64,000 nt of DNA from an uncultured delta proteobacterium. Its GTDB lineage: Bacteria > Desulfobacterota > Binatia > Binatales > Binataceae. The position numbers and the translations under genes were made by a program. Positions 1-9,773 of this stretch are shown here, in pieces. Numbering within the stretch: position 1 is the first letter of the stretch; each line of letters begins with the position of its first letter. The notes under the pieces were generated by a model. That model searched no databases, was not told the DNA's origin, and saw nothing but the letters and a program-made list of their open reading frames with translations. The stretch covers positions 800,001-864,000 of the forward strand of contig CAVRVY010000004.1 in the NCBI GenBank assembly GCA_963724765.1, read 5' to 3'.

Positions 1-7
1 GCTGTGC

Positions 8-91
8 TCCGCCATCTTACTTTCCGCTCCGTTTGTTCCGCCATCATACTTGTCAAGCCGCCCGCATCATGGCATAACTGGCTTCGTTATG
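8..91 (+). promoter_or_regulatory. Candidate operator(s) upstream of the Mo/W uptake operon
   Basis: 15-bp direct repeat TCCGCCATC(T/A)TACTT at 8-22 and 37-51, plus palindrome CATAAC-N7-GTTATG at 73-91 overlapping the likely ATG at 89. Confidence 0.35.
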
Positions 92-1120
92 AAAATCCTG
101 AGCGAAACCACCATAACCAAATTCACTGCAACGATTCGACTGTCCCCGGTTCGCGTGGCCCTCGTGGCTGCCGCCCTGGCCGTCCCCATGATGCTCCCTA
201 CGCAGGCCCGCGCCCAGAACGCGCCGCCCTCGTCCAACGTGGCGCCCGGCACCACGCCGTCTGGTTCCAGCGCGATGACGGTTACGAACCCGCCACCGGT
301 CTCGAATCCGTCCCTATTGTCGCCGGTGGTGCAGTACTTCGCCGACTGGTTTCCGCGCGTCACGCGCATCCAGAGCGAACAGCCGCATTGGATTACCCCG
401 TTGGTGACCGTGACTCCGCGCCTGGAAGAAGAGTTTCGCTACGATCAACTTTGGGAGGCGCAAGCGCATGGCAAGGCGCTCGACAACTTCGGCGCCAACA
501 AGGGCCTCGAGCTGATCCCGTTTGAGAACACCGAGGTCATCTTGGGCATCCCGGGATGGGTGGCTCACAATGGGACTCTCCCGCCACCGCCAAAGAAAGG
601 GGCGGAGAAACCGGATGTCGACGGCTGGGCCGACGAAACGTTTCTCGTCAAATACCGGCTGCTGTCCGCCAACGAGGAGAACGGCAACTACATCCTGACC
701 GTCTTCATGGGTTTCAGCGCGCCCACCGGGAGCGACGGCAACAGCTCACGCCATGCGCTCTTCACGCCGACCGTCGCGTTTGGAAAGGGTTGGGGCGACT
801 TTGATTTTCAGAGCACGCTTGGCATCACGGTTCCCAACGGCGGGATGCAACGCCTCGGAGCGCCGCTCGCTTACAATACCGCCTTCCAGTACCGCCTGTT
901 CAGGTACTTCTGGCCAGAATTCGAAGTGAACTACACCTGGTGGCCCAACGGCGAGAAGACCGGAGTGAACCAGGTCTTCCTTACGCCCGGTCTGATCATC
1001 GGGCGCATCCCGATCCATGATCGGGTCGGCATGACCTTCGGTGCCGGCTACCAGGTCGCCGCCACGCATCAGCCCACATACAACAACACCGTGATTGCAA
1101 CCGGACGTATCCCCTTCTAG
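89..1120 (+). CDS. Putative outer-membrane beta-barrel channel (transporter/porin-like)
   Basis: Signal peptide (ARA-Q), Pro-rich linker, alternating aromatic beta strands, C-terminal Phe (GRIPF); first gene of the ABC operon. Start at ATG 89 preferred over 50. Confidence 0.65.
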   Translation: MKILSETTITKFTATIRLSPVRVALVAAALAVPMMLPTQARAQNAPPSSNVAPGTTPSGSSAMTVTNPPPVSNPSLLSPVVQYFADWFPRVTRIQSEQPHWITPLVTVTPRLEEEFRYDQLWEAQAHGKALDNFGANKGLELIPFENTEVILGIPGWVAHNGTLPPPPKKGAEKPDVDGWADETFLVKYRLLSANEENGNYILTVFMGFSAPTGSDGNSSRHALFTPTVAFGKGWGDFDFQSTLGITVPNGGMQRLGAPLAYNTAFQYRLFRYFWPEFEVNYTWWPNGEKTGVNQVFLTPGLIIGRIPIHDRVGMTFGAGYQVAATHQPTYNNTVIATGRIPF

Positions 1121-1138
1121 GCACGCGGCGCAACGTCG

Positions 1139-2074
1139 ATGAAATGCAACCGCAGGCTGCTTTTGCAGCTAGCGATCATGACCGTGACTGGCGTGTTCGC
1201 AGCACTGATCGCGGGCCCGGGCGCCACTGAATCGACGACGCCGCTGCAAGTCGCCTATGCGGGGTCGATGGGCTCGATGATGGACGGCGGATTTCGTCCG
1301 GCGATCGCGAAGGCTCTGGGAGCCGAGCTGCAGGGGCGCGCGGCGGGCTCCACCGGCCTCGCCAATATGATCGTCGCGGGCAGTATCCGACCCGACGTGT
1401 TCATCTCGGTCACCCCGGGGCCGATGCGTATCGTGTTGAAGGCGGGCCAGGCCCAAAGCGCAACTCCGATAGCGCGCACCGAGATGGTCATAGCCTACAG
1501 CCCGAAGAGCCAATATGCGGCGGCGCTGGCGAAGGCCGGCGCTTCCGGCGCCAAGCCGTGGTGGCTGGTGCTTGAAACGCCGGGTTTTCGTTTTGGCCGC
1601 ACCGACCCCAATACCGACCCGCAGGGCTTGAACGTCATTTTCATGATGCAACTGGCGGCGCGTTACTATCATCAGCCGGACCTGGCCAAGAAGATTCTCG
1701 GGCCGCAAATAAATCCGCAACAGATTTTTCAAGAACCCCAGGTGATGGCGCGGCTGCAGGCGGGGCAACTCGACGCGAGTTCGGCTTACAAGACGCAGCC
1801 CGCGGCGCTCGGCCTACCGTTTCTTTCGCTGCCCGGCGAGATTAACCTTGGCTCCGCCTCGATGGAGAAGGAATACCAGCAGGCAAGCGTCGCGCTGAAC
1901 GGCAAGACGCATCGGCCCTCCCCACTCGTCTTCTATGCTGCGGTTCTCAAAGACGCTCCGCAGCCAAAGCTGGCGGCACGTTTTCTCGCGTGGCTGCATG
2001 GTCCTGAGGCGCGCCAAATCCTCGCGCGCTACCACTACGACGACCCCGGCGACGCCAAGCCCCTGGTGCCGTAA
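1139..2074 (+). CDS. modA: Molybdate/tungstate ABC substrate-binding protein (WtpA/ModA-like)
   Basis: Signal peptide, YAGSM, GSTGLA, GRTDPNTDPQG (WtpA-like DP motif); followed by permease and ATPase. Confidence 0.8.
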   Translation: MKCNRRLLLQLAIMTVTGVFAALIAGPGATESTTPLQVAYAGSMGSMMDGGFRPAIAKALGAELQGRAAGSTGLANMIVAGSIRPDVFISVTPGPMRIVLKAGQAQSATPIARTEMVIAYSPKSQYAAALAKAGASGAKPWWLVLETPGFRFGRTDPNTDPQGLNVIFMMQLAARYYHQPDLAKKILGPQINPQQIFQEPQVMARLQAGQLDASSAYKTQPAALGLPFLSLPGEINLGSASMEKEYQQASVALNGKTHRPSPLVFYAAVLKDAPQPKLAARFLAWLHGPEARQILARYHYDDPGDAKPLVP

Positions 2075-2084
2075 TATAGTCTTC

Positions 2085-2861
2085 GTGCGATCCCGGTGGT
2101 GGGCCCGGATGGGCATGCTCGCGTTCACGCTGGCGCTGCTCTATCCGCTGGTCGGCCTTTGCGCTCCGGTTGGCCGCTGGCAATGGGACGGCAGTATTCC
2201 CGGCTCGACGGCCTCGTCCGTCAGCGTCTCCCTGGTCCTTACCGGAATCGCACTGCTCTTTGACGTGATCGTGGGCACGCCGGTCGCGTGGTATCTCGCG
2301 CGCCATACCGGCCGCGACAAAATGGTGTGGGAGGCGGCGGTCCTTATCTCGGTGCTGATGCCGCCACTTGCGCTCGGGATTCTGCTCTCGCTCGCCTTCG
2401 GTCCCACGATGAGGCCGGGCGCGTGGCTGCTGCGGATGGGACTGCCGACCGCCAACAGCCCGCTGGCGTTCGTCGCGACCCAGTTCTATGTCAGCGTCGG
2501 TTACTATATCGTTGCAGCCCGCGCCGCGCTGGCGGCCGTACCCGGCGACCTCGAACGGACGGCGGCGCTGCTTGGGTTGCGGCCGTGGCAGGTATTTCGT
2601 CGGGTGACCTTTCCGCTTGCGCGCCTGGGCTTTGCCGCTGCGGTGAGCCTCGCATGGGTGCGCGCGCTGGGAGAGTTTGGCGCCGTCATCGTCACCGCTT
2701 ACTATCCGAGCGGAATGCCGGTGCAAATTTGGATCAATCTGCAGGACGCCGGGATGCCGGCCGTGATGCCGCTGCTGGTCGTGTTCCTGCTCACCGCGCT
2801 GCCGCTCCCGTGGGTGATCCATCTGCTCGCACAGAGGCGCCACGCCGATGCCCACGCTTGA
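2085..2861 (+). CDS. modB: Molybdate/tungstate ABC permease
   Basis: GTPVAWYLAR, MPPLALG, EAA-like loop (ERTAALLG), WVRALGEFGA; start GTG 2085 or ATG 2109. Confidence 0.85.
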   Translation: MRSRWWARMGMLAFTLALLYPLVGLCAPVGRWQWDGSIPGSTASSVSVSLVLTGIALLFDVIVGTPVAWYLARHTGRDKMVWEAAVLISVLMPPLALGILLSLAFGPTMRPGAWLLRMGLPTANSPLAFVATQFYVSVGYYIVAARAALAAVPGDLERTAALLGLRPWQVFRRVTFPLARLGFAAAVSLAWVRALGEFGAVIVTAYYPSGMPVQIWINLQDAGMPAVMPLLVVFLLTALPLPWVIHLLAQRRHADAHA

Positions 2862-3549
2862 TGCGCATATCGTAAAGGCACGGCATCTGCTCACCGTGGA
2901 TTTGCGCCTGCACCTGGAGCAGGGGGAGCGGCTCGCGCTGTTCGGAGCTTCGGGCGCGGGCAAAAGCACCGTGCTCTCGTGTCTGGCGGGAGTCGAGAAT
3001 CCAGACGCCGGGCGGATTCAATTTGGCGACACGATCTTGTTTCCGCCGAGCCTGCCGCTTTACCGGCGCCCGCTCGCATACCTGACGCAAAGCGATTCGC
3101 TGTTCCCGCACTTAAGCGTGGCCGACAACGTCTGCTTCGGATTGCGCGACCACGAAAGCAACGGCGCAAGCCTGTGGATCGAGGAACTCAAGCAGCGCCT
3201 CGCGCTCGGTCCGCTATGGAACGAATCGGCGCGGCGGATTTCGGGCGGTCAGGCGCGGCGGGTCGCCTTGGCGCGGATGCTCGCGCGGCGTCCGCCACTG
3301 GTGCTGCTCGACGAACCGTTCACCGCCCTGGACCGCCCGACCATCAGCGAACTCGTCGACTCGATCCTTCAATGGCATCGCGAGCTGGGCTTCACACTAA
3401 TTGCCGTCGACCATCGCGCCGAAATCCTGGAGAAGCTATGCACGCGCGCGACCGCGATCGAAGCCGGCCGCGCAGTGCAGGAGGGCACGTGGCCCGAACT
3501 CACGGCCGCACCGGCGACGCCGACGCTGGCCCGTCTGCTGTCAGCCTGA
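2848..3549 (+). CDS. modC: Molybdate/tungstate ABC ATP-binding subunit
   Basis: Walker A GASGAGKS, LFPHL, ISGGQ signature, LLDEPF; overlaps the permease stop. Confidence 0.88.
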   Translation: MPTLDAHIVKARHLLTVDLRLHLEQGERLALFGASGAGKSTVLSCLAGVENPDAGRIQFGDTILFPPSLPLYRRPLAYLTQSDSLFPHLSVADNVCFGLRDHESNGASLWIEELKQRLALGPLWNESARRISGGQARRVALARMLARRPPLVLLDEPFTALDRPTISELVDSILQWHRELGFTLIAVDHRAEILEKLCTRATAIEAGRAVQEGTWPELTAAPATPTLARLLSA

Positions 3550-3585
3550 TTCGGGCGGCTGAGGCCGCCACGGCGCATTTCGCGC

Positions 3586-4161
3586 TCAATCCTCGACAAT
3601 TTGCGGAGGCCGAAAACTTCCGTTTTCGTATTCGAGCAGCACGATTCCGCAGTTGGCCGGTACATGCGCGCTCTCCCAATGTCCAACCAGATGCGCCCAG
3701 CACGTCAGCATCACACCGCCGTGGCTGACGACCGCCAGTTCGCCATCGCCGGCGCGAATCGCCAGCCGCTCCAGGATTGGCGCCACCCGCACTCGAACGT
3801 CTTCGTAACTCTCGCCGCCCTCCGGCCGCCATAGCCACGTCTTTTCGGTCTCGAACGTCGGATCGTCGCGCACCGCGTCGTAGGGCTGTCCTCTCAGGTA
3901 GCCGAAATGGCGCTCGTAGAGGCCGGGCTCGACCTCGACCGGCAGGCGCAGCGCGGCGGCGATTATCTCGCCGGTCTCGCGCGCCCGCGCGTAGGGGCTG
4001 GTGATGACGAGCCGCGGATGGAACAGCCGCGCGAGATGGCGCGCGGCCTGGGCGGCCTGTTCGCGCCCCAAATCGGTCAATGGTGCGTCGGGTGTGGTGG
4101 TGAAGCGGCGTTCGCGATTGCCCTCGCTCTCGCCGTGGCGAACCATTATCAGCTTACCCAT
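3586..4161 (-). CDS. Histidine phosphatase family protein (phosphoglycerate mutase-like)
   Basis: RHGES motif, SPYARARET, GGES, VSHGG. Confidence 0.9.
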   Translation of the reverse strand: MGKLIMVRHGESEGNRERRFTTTPDAPLTDLGREQAAQAARHLARLFHPRLVITSPYARARETGEIIAAALRLPVEVEPGLYERHFGYLRGQPYDAVRDDPTFETEKTWLWRPEGGESYEDVRVRVAPILERLAIRAGDGELAVVSHGGVMLTCWAHLVGHWESAHVPANCGIVLLEYENGSFRPPQIVED

Positions 4162-4170
4162 CGCAGTCGA

Positions 4171-4953
4171 TCAGGATTTCGTGCCGCCATCGTCGGGCTT
4201 GCTCAAAGCGCGGCGCAAGTTCAAAAAAGGCTCGAACAGATCCATCGGAATAGGGAACACCGTGGTCGAATTGTTCTCGGACGCGATCTCCTTGAGCGTC
4301 TGCAGGTAGCGGAGCTGCAGCGTCACCGGGCTCTTGTTCATAATCTCGGCGGCCTCGGCGAGGCGTTGCGCCGCCTGGAACTCGCCCTCCGCCGCGATGA
4401 CCTTGGCGCGCCGCTCGCGCTCGGCTTCGGCCTGCGCCGCGATCGCGCGCTGCATGTCCTGCGGCAGATCGATATTCTTGAGCTCGACCAGCGTGACCTT
4501 GACGCCCCAGGGCTCGGTCTGCGCGTCGACGATCTCCTGGATGCGCGCGTTGAGCTTGTCCCGCTGGGCCAGCAACTCGTCGAGTTCGGTCTGTCCGCCG
4601 ACCGAACGCAACGTGGTCTGCGCAAGCTGGGTGGTGGCAAAGAGATAGTTGGCGACCTCGGTCACGGCGCGGGAGGGGTCGAGCACACGGAAGTAGAGCA
4701 CCGCGCTCACTTTTATGGACACGTTGTCGCGGGTGATCACGTCCTGGGGCGCGATGTCGAGCGTCACGACGCGCAGATCGATCCGCACCGAGCGCTCGAG
4801 GATCGGAATGACGAAAATCATCCCCGGTCCGCGAAAGGGGGTGAGCCGGCCGAGGCGAAAAACCACTGCGCGCTCGTACTCGTTGAGCACCTTGAGTCCG
4901 CTCAACCCGATCACCACGACGATCACGATGATTACTCCGATTGCCGGTGCCAT
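4171..4953 (-). CDS. SPFH/slipin (stomatin-like) protein
   Basis: N-terminal [43 protein letters not shown]. Confidence 0.95.
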   Translation of the reverse strand: MAPAIGVIIVIVVVIGLSGLKVLNEYERAVVFRLGRLTPFRGPGMIFVIPILERSVRIDLRVVTLDIAPQDVITRDNVSIKVSAVLYFRVLDPSRAVTEVANYLFATTQLAQTTLRSVGGQTELDELLAQRDKLNARIQEIVDAQTEPWGVKVTLVELKNIDLPQDMQRAIAAQAEAERERRAKVIAAEGEFQAAQRLAEAAEIMNKSPVTLQLRYLQTLKEIASENNSTTVFPIPMDLFEPFLNLRRALSKPDDGGTKS

Positions 4954-4976
4954 AGGCCTCCCCCCGCTTTTTTCAT

Positions 4977-5000
4977 TGTTTCACTGTTTCACTGTTTCAC
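4977..5000. repeat. 8-bp tandem repeat (TGTTTCAC)x3
   Basis: tgtttcac tgtttcac tgtttcac in the nfeD-SPFH spacer. Confidence 0.85.
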
Positions 5001-5046
5001 GGGCGCCGCCGCCCGCCGTTGTGCATCGGCTTGCATAAAAGCCGCG

Positions 5047-6492
5047 TTACGATTCGCCGCGCACCTCGATCTCCAGGCCGCGCACCGCGATCACGCGCGC
5101 CTTCGCGCCAACGCCCAGCGCCTGGTTGCTCGCGGCGCGCCAATGTTCGCCGTGCACGAACACGCGTCCCGGCGCACCCGGCGCGATCGCCTCGCGCACC
5201 TCGCCGACTTCGCCGACCATGCCTTCGCGGCCGGTGGTGGGACGCCGATGCCGCTCGCGTAAAACGACCCAGCCAAGGCCCAGGATAATCGCACTCATCG
5301 CGATCGCTGCACCAGCGATCATACCGCGGTTAACCTCGAGGTTGGTTTGCGAGCTGTCGACGAGAAAGAGCGAGCCGATCACAAACGCGATCACTCCGCC
5401 AATGCCGAGCACGCCATAGCTGCTAACGAAGACTTCGGAGATCAGCATCCCGATCCCGAGCATCAGAAGCAGGAAGCCGGTCAGATTGATCGGCAAAATC
5501 TCGAACGATCCCAGCGCCAGCAGCAGGCAAATCGCGCCGGCCACGCCCGGCAGGATGAAGCCTGGATGTCCGAACTCGAAATAGATCCCGACGATCCCCG
5601 CCAGCATCAGCAGGTACACGATGTTCGGGTCGGCCAGCACGTTGAGCAGCGCTTGGCCCAGCGTCATCCGCACGCGGCGAATCGTGGCGCCGGCAAGCTC
5701 CAGCCTGATCGTGCGCCCGCCCACCTTGACCTCGCGCCCCGACGCCTGCACGAGCAGGCTTCGCAGGTCGGGCGCGACGATGTCGATCACGTGGCGCTTG
5801 AGCGCCTCGGCTTCGCTGATGGCGGCGCTTTCGCGCACCGCCTGCTCGACCCATTGCTGATTGCGGCCGCGCTCGCGTGCGATGCTGCCCGCGAACGAGG
5901 CGGTGTAGTTCTCAATCTTCTTGCCGACCACGCCTTTGATCTCGCTGCCACCCTCGCCCACCGGATGAGCCGCGCCGATCGTGGTCCCGGGCGCCATCGC
6001 AGCCACCGCCGCCGCCTCGGTGATGAAGGTCCCCGCTGAAGCGGCCGCGGCGCCCGAGGGCGATACGTATACGATCGTCGGAAGCGGGGCGTTGAGCAGG
6101 TCCTTGACGATGCGCTGCGCGGAGCCAAGCAGGCCGCCGGGCGTGTCGAGTTCGATCACCAGGGCGCCGGCGTGATGCGAGTTGGCGTAGCCGATTCCGT
6201 CTTCGATAAACGCGGCGACTGCCGGATTGATCGAGCCATCGATCTTCAGCAGGCAGACCCATGGCACTGCGGCGGCGCTCGCCGTGGCGGAAGCCGCCGC
6301 GGGCGTGGCGGCCGCGCCAACGAGCGACCCGGCGCTCGCCTGGTTCGCGGCGCCGACGTGCTCGGCGGCGGCGCTGGCGAGGCCGCCGAGCGCGATCGTG
6401 CACAGGATCGCGAACACAGACAAGATCGCGAACGCGGACAGGATCGCGAACCCGCGCGCCGCGAGCGCGCCGATGGCGCCGCGCTGCCTCAC
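5047..6492 (-). CDS. nfeD: NfeD long form (ClpP-like serine protease domain, TM domain, OB fold)
   Basis: LDTPGG, AASAG, MAPGTTIGAAHPV, TM helices, C-terminal GRVFVHGEHWRA; adjacent to SPFH gene. Confidence 0.93.
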   Translation of the reverse strand: MRQRGAIGALAARGFAILSAFAILSVFAILCTIALGGLASAAAEHVGAANQASAGSLVGAAATPAAASATASAAAVPWVCLLKIDGSINPAVAAFIEDGIGYANSHHAGALVIELDTPGGLLGSAQRIVKDLLNAPLPTIVYVSPSGAAAASAGTFITEAAAVAAMAPGTTIGAAHPVGEGGSEIKGVVGKKIENYTASFAGSIARERGRNQQWVEQAVRESAAISEAEALKRHVIDIVAPDLRSLLVQASGREVKVGGRTIRLELAGATIRRVRMTLGQALLNVLADPNIVYLLMLAGIVGIYFEFGHPGFILPGVAGAICLLLALGSFEILPINLTGFLLLMLGIGMLISEVFVSSYGVLGIGGVIAFVIGSLFLVDSSQTNLEVNRGMIAGAAIAMSAIILGLGWVVLRERHRRPTTGREGMVGEVGEVREAIAPGAPGRVFVHGEHWRAASNQALGVGAKARVIAVRGLEIEVRGES

Positions 6493-6496
6493 TTTT

Positions 6497-7339
6497 TCAT
6501 CGCGCGCCGCCGCGCGCGGGTATCTCCAGCCCGAGCAGCTTCATCACTTCCTGTATATCCTGCCATACCCACCGCTTTTCACCCGGACTGCGCAACAGGT
6601 ACGCCGGGTGAAACGTCGGCATCAGCTTGACCCCGCGCACCTCGTGCCAGTTGCCACGCAGCCGGCTGATCGGCGTCTTGACCTTGAGCAGCGCCTGCAC
6701 CGCAAAGGTGCCGAGCGCGACGATCGCGCGTGGACCCACGAGGTCGATCTGGCGCATCAGGAATGGCTCGCAGGCGGCGACTTCGTCGGGCTCGGGGTTG
6801 CGATTGTCAGGCGGGCGGCACTTGATGACGTTGCAGATGTAAACGTCGGCGCGGCGAAGCCCCATCCCGCGCTCGATGATGTCGGTCAACAACTGTCCGG
6901 CGCGGCCCACGAAGGGCTCGCCGCGCGCGTCCTCGTCGGCGCCGGGCGCTTCGCCAACGAACATCAGGTCGGAGTGCGGGTTGCCGACGCCAAACACCAG
7001 ATGGGTGCGCAATGGTGCAAGCTTGCAGCGCTGGCAATCGCCAATGAAGGCGCTCAGTTCCTCCAGCGTCGCAGTCTTCTCGAGACCCGGATAGCGCGAG
7101 AGCAATTCGACCGACGCTGGAGCCGGGCGCGGCGGCGATGCAGCGGCGGTGGCGCGAGACGACGCGCCGCCCGGCGCGAGTGCCGAGGCTGCGTCCGCGG
7201 ACGCTTTGGGAGCGGCCGCCCGCGCGAGCGTCGCCGCCGGCAATCCCTCCAATCCTTCCTCGGCGAGTTGCTCCAGGTAATCGCGAACCGAGTCGAGCAC
7301 CAGGCGGCGCTGCTCTGGCGCGGTCAGGTCGCGGCTCAT
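6497..7339 (-). CDS. udg: Uracil-DNA glycosylase family 4 (4Fe-4S)
   Basis: CQRCKL, GEAPGADED, PFVGRAG, NVIKCRPP, TFHPAYLLR; start ATG 7339. Confidence 0.95.
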   Translation of the reverse strand: MSRDLTAPEQRRLVLDSVRDYLEQLAEEGLEGLPAATLARAAAPKASADAASALAPGGASSRATAAASPPRPAPASVELLSRYPGLEKTATLEELSAFIGDCQRCKLAPLRTHLVFGVGNPHSDLMFVGEAPGADEDARGEPFVGRAGQLLTDIIERGMGLRRADVYICNVIKCRPPDNRNPEPDEVAACEPFLMRQIDLVGPRAIVALGTFAVQALLKVKTPISRLRGNWHEVRGVKLMPTFHPAYLLRSPGEKRWVWQDIQEVMKLLGLEIPARGGAR

Positions 7340-7380
7340 AACATCAAGCCAGCGGCCCAGCCGCAAAGGCGGGCGCAGTC

Positions 7381-8286
7381 ATGATCATCGCTGGGGTAAT
7401 CGCCTTCGTAATCGGCTTCATCGCGCTCAGCGCCCCGCCGGCTTTCGCCTGGGGCCCGGTCACTCATATTGCACTCGGAGCACAGGTGCTTGCGAGCGTT
7501 AGCACCCTGGAACAGCCGCTTCAAGCCATCCTACTCTCGATGCCCGACGCTTTCCTGTACGGCTCGCTCGCGCCCGACATCGTGCAGGGCCGCCGCTTCC
7601 AGAGCCGTCTGCGGCGCCATTCGCACAACTGGTCGACCGGCTTCGGCTTGCTTAGCGCCGCGCGCGGCAGCGAGGAGCAGGCCTTCGCGCTCGGCTACCT
7701 GGCGCATCTCGGCGCCGACGTACTTGCGCACAATTTCTACCTGCCGACGCGCTGGATCGGGCGTTTCAACTCCGCGATCGCCAGCCACATCCTGAGCGAG
7801 GCGCGGTTCGATTCGATGCAGGACCCCTCGCATCGCGAGACCCTGGTGAAGCTGATGGCGATCGACTTCAGCGCGCTGGATTCCAAGCTCAGCCGCCAGA
7901 TTGATTCTCCGCTGCTGCCCTTCCGCGCGCAAAAGCGCATCTTCGAGGGCGGGCTGCGCCGTATTCGCCAGTGGAATCGCGTGATCCTCGCTATAGGCCG
8001 CGTCAGGGCGGCCGATCGCCAGGACGTCGAGGTCTTCTGCTCCGCCTCCTGTTCGGCGATCGACGGACTGCTCCGCGACGGCGACGAAGCGCCCGCCTGC
8101 CGGTTCGATCCGATGGGCCAGCGGGCGCTGCGCAACGCCCAGCGCGCACGGCGCACGCTGCAGCGCCTGGCGCGGATGGGGCCCGAGACCCAGCGCGCCG
8201 CACGCCAGCTAGCCAATTCGACCGTCGAAGAGCTGCATATGCATCTGCGCCAGGTGCCCTTCGGAGGGCCGGCCGAACCGTCCTGA
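7381..8286 (+). CDS. Secreted zinc-dependent phospholipase C / S1-P1-like family protein
   Basis: Signal peptide ending AFA then mature WGPVTH; GSLAPD; GYLAHLGADVLAH; H...E zinc ligands. Confidence 0.8.
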   Translation: MIIAGVIAFVIGFIALSAPPAFAWGPVTHIALGAQVLASVSTLEQPLQAILLSMPDAFLYGSLAPDIVQGRRFQSRLRRHSHNWSTGFGLLSAARGSEEQAFALGYLAHLGADVLAHNFYLPTRWIGRFNSAIASHILSEARFDSMQDPSHRETLVKLMAIDFSALDSKLSRQIDSPLLPFRAQKRIFEGGLRRIRQWNRVILAIGRVRAADRQDVEVFCSASCSAIDGLLRDGDEAPACRFDPMGQRALRNAQRARRTLQRLARMGPETQRAARQLANSTVEELHMHLRQVPFGGPAEPS

Positions 8287-8426
8287 CCGCGCGTTTCTAT
8301 TTTCCTGCTCCAATTGTCCCGGGGGATCAGAATACACCGCCCGGCACGGGCACGCGTGGGCTTGTGGTACGCGCGCTATCGGTGTTATCACGGCGACGCC
8401 GGGAGTATTCCCGCGAGGAACCCACA

Positions 8427-9656
8427 ATGGAAAGCCGCGACAGAAAGACCCCTCACATGTTATCCGGCGTGCGGGTGCTGGACTTCACACAGTATCTGGC
8501 CGGCCCGACAGTGACACGCTTCATGGCTGAGATGGGCGCCGAGATCGTCAAGGTCGAGCAGGCGCCGATGGGCGACCCGGCGCGGCTGCTGCCCGCGGTG
8601 CGCAATGGGCGCAGCGCCTACTTCGTCCAGCAGAACCGCGGCAAGCAAAGTCTCTGCGTGGACTTCTCAAAACCCGAATCGATCGCGCTATTGCGCGAGC
8701 TGGCAAAGAAAGCCGACCTGGTGGTCGAAAACTACGGGCCGGGAGTGATGGAAAAGCGCGGCCTCGACTACGCCTCGCTCAGCAAGCTCAACCCACGCAT
8801 CATCATGGCGTCGATCTCGGCCTTCGGGCGCAGCGGGCCGCTCTCGCACAAGGTCGGCTACGACTTCATCGCGCAGGCCTTTTCGGGCTTGATGCACATG
8901 ACGGGCGATCCGAACGGGCCGCCGATGTTCGTCGGAATGGGCATCGGCGATCAGACCAGCGGCGTGCACGCCTTCTCGGCCATCGGCTTCGCGCTGTTCC
9001 ATCGCGAGCGCACTGGAGTCGGGCAGTACATCGACATCGCGATGGTCGACACCCTCTACCACATGCACGAAGCGACCATCCAGGTCTGGGCCACCACCAA
9101 GGGCGAGTACGTGCCGAAGCGGATGGGCTCGCAGCATGAGCTGGTAAGCCCGTGCGGCGCGTTTTTGGGGCCGCAAGGCTACATCGTGATCCTGGTGCTC
9201 GACCGGCAATGGCCGTCGATGGCGCGTGCGATGGCTCATCCGGAGCTGATCGAAGACCCGCGCTTCGCCACGATGCGCGACCGCGCGAAGAACCGCTACG
9301 AGCTGGCCGCGATCGTCGAGGCCTGGATGCAGGCGCAGCCCTCCAACGAGGCGGTGCTGAAAATTCTCGAAGAGCATCGCGTGGCCGCGGCGCCGGTGAT
9401 GTCGGTCGTGGACACGATAAGCCATCCGCACTTCAAGGCGCGCAACATGATTCGTACCGTACCCGACCCGATCCTGGGAGAGGTGATGATTCCCGGCTTC
9501 CCGCTCAAGTTCTCGGCTTTCCCTAAGCCGCTGGAAATCAGGGCGCCGCTTTTAGGCGAGCACGGGGCCGAGGTCCTGCGCGAACAACTCGGCATGAGCG
9601 ATACCGAGATTGCCGAACTGCACAGCCGCGGCGTGCTGCATTCGGAGAACAAGTAG
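8427..9656 (+). CDS. Class III CoA-transferase (CaiB/BaiF family)
   Basis: LSGVRVLDFTQYLAGP, GAEIVKVE, NRGKQS, ENYGPG, GYD, APLLGEH; ATG 8427 with GAGGA RBS. Confidence 0.95.
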   Translation: MESRDRKTPHMLSGVRVLDFTQYLAGPTVTRFMAEMGAEIVKVEQAPMGDPARLLPAVRNGRSAYFVQQNRGKQSLCVDFSKPESIALLRELAKKADLVVENYGPGVMEKRGLDYASLSKLNPRIIMASISAFGRSGPLSHKVGYDFIAQAFSGLMHMTGDPNGPPMFVGMGIGDQTSGVHAFSAIGFALFHRERTGVGQYIDIAMVDTLYHMHEATIQVWATTKGEYVPKRMGSQHELVSPCGAFLGPQGYIVILVLDRQWPSMARAMAHPELIEDPRFATMRDRAKNRYELAAIVEAWMQAQPSNEAVLKILEEHRVAAAPVMSVVDTISHPHFKARNMIRTVPDPILGEVMIPGFPLKFSAFPKPLEIRAPLLGEHGAEVLREQLGMSDTEIAELHSRGVLHSENK

Positions 9657-9773
9657 GGCCCGTATCCGCGCGTGCCGCCTCGGCGGCGCTCGTTTGACAT
9701 TTGTCTTGGACTGGCGAAGCTAAGCAATCGTAACTCGACTTCTTGGAGGAATAATCATGCGGGAGGAAAAATC

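Noticed and set aside
3907-5262. Long antisense ORFs (also 11605-12636, 12935-14197, 14392-15702, 17726-18913, 59650-61164)
   Set aside because: Shadows of well-supported opposite-strand genes in high-GC DNA; no motifs
7971-8426. N-terminal extensions in the ORF track (CoA-transferase, glyA, F420-LLM, GNAT, TPR, BCP, phasin)
   Set aside because: They overlap neighbouring genes; internal starts with RBS fit family boundaries
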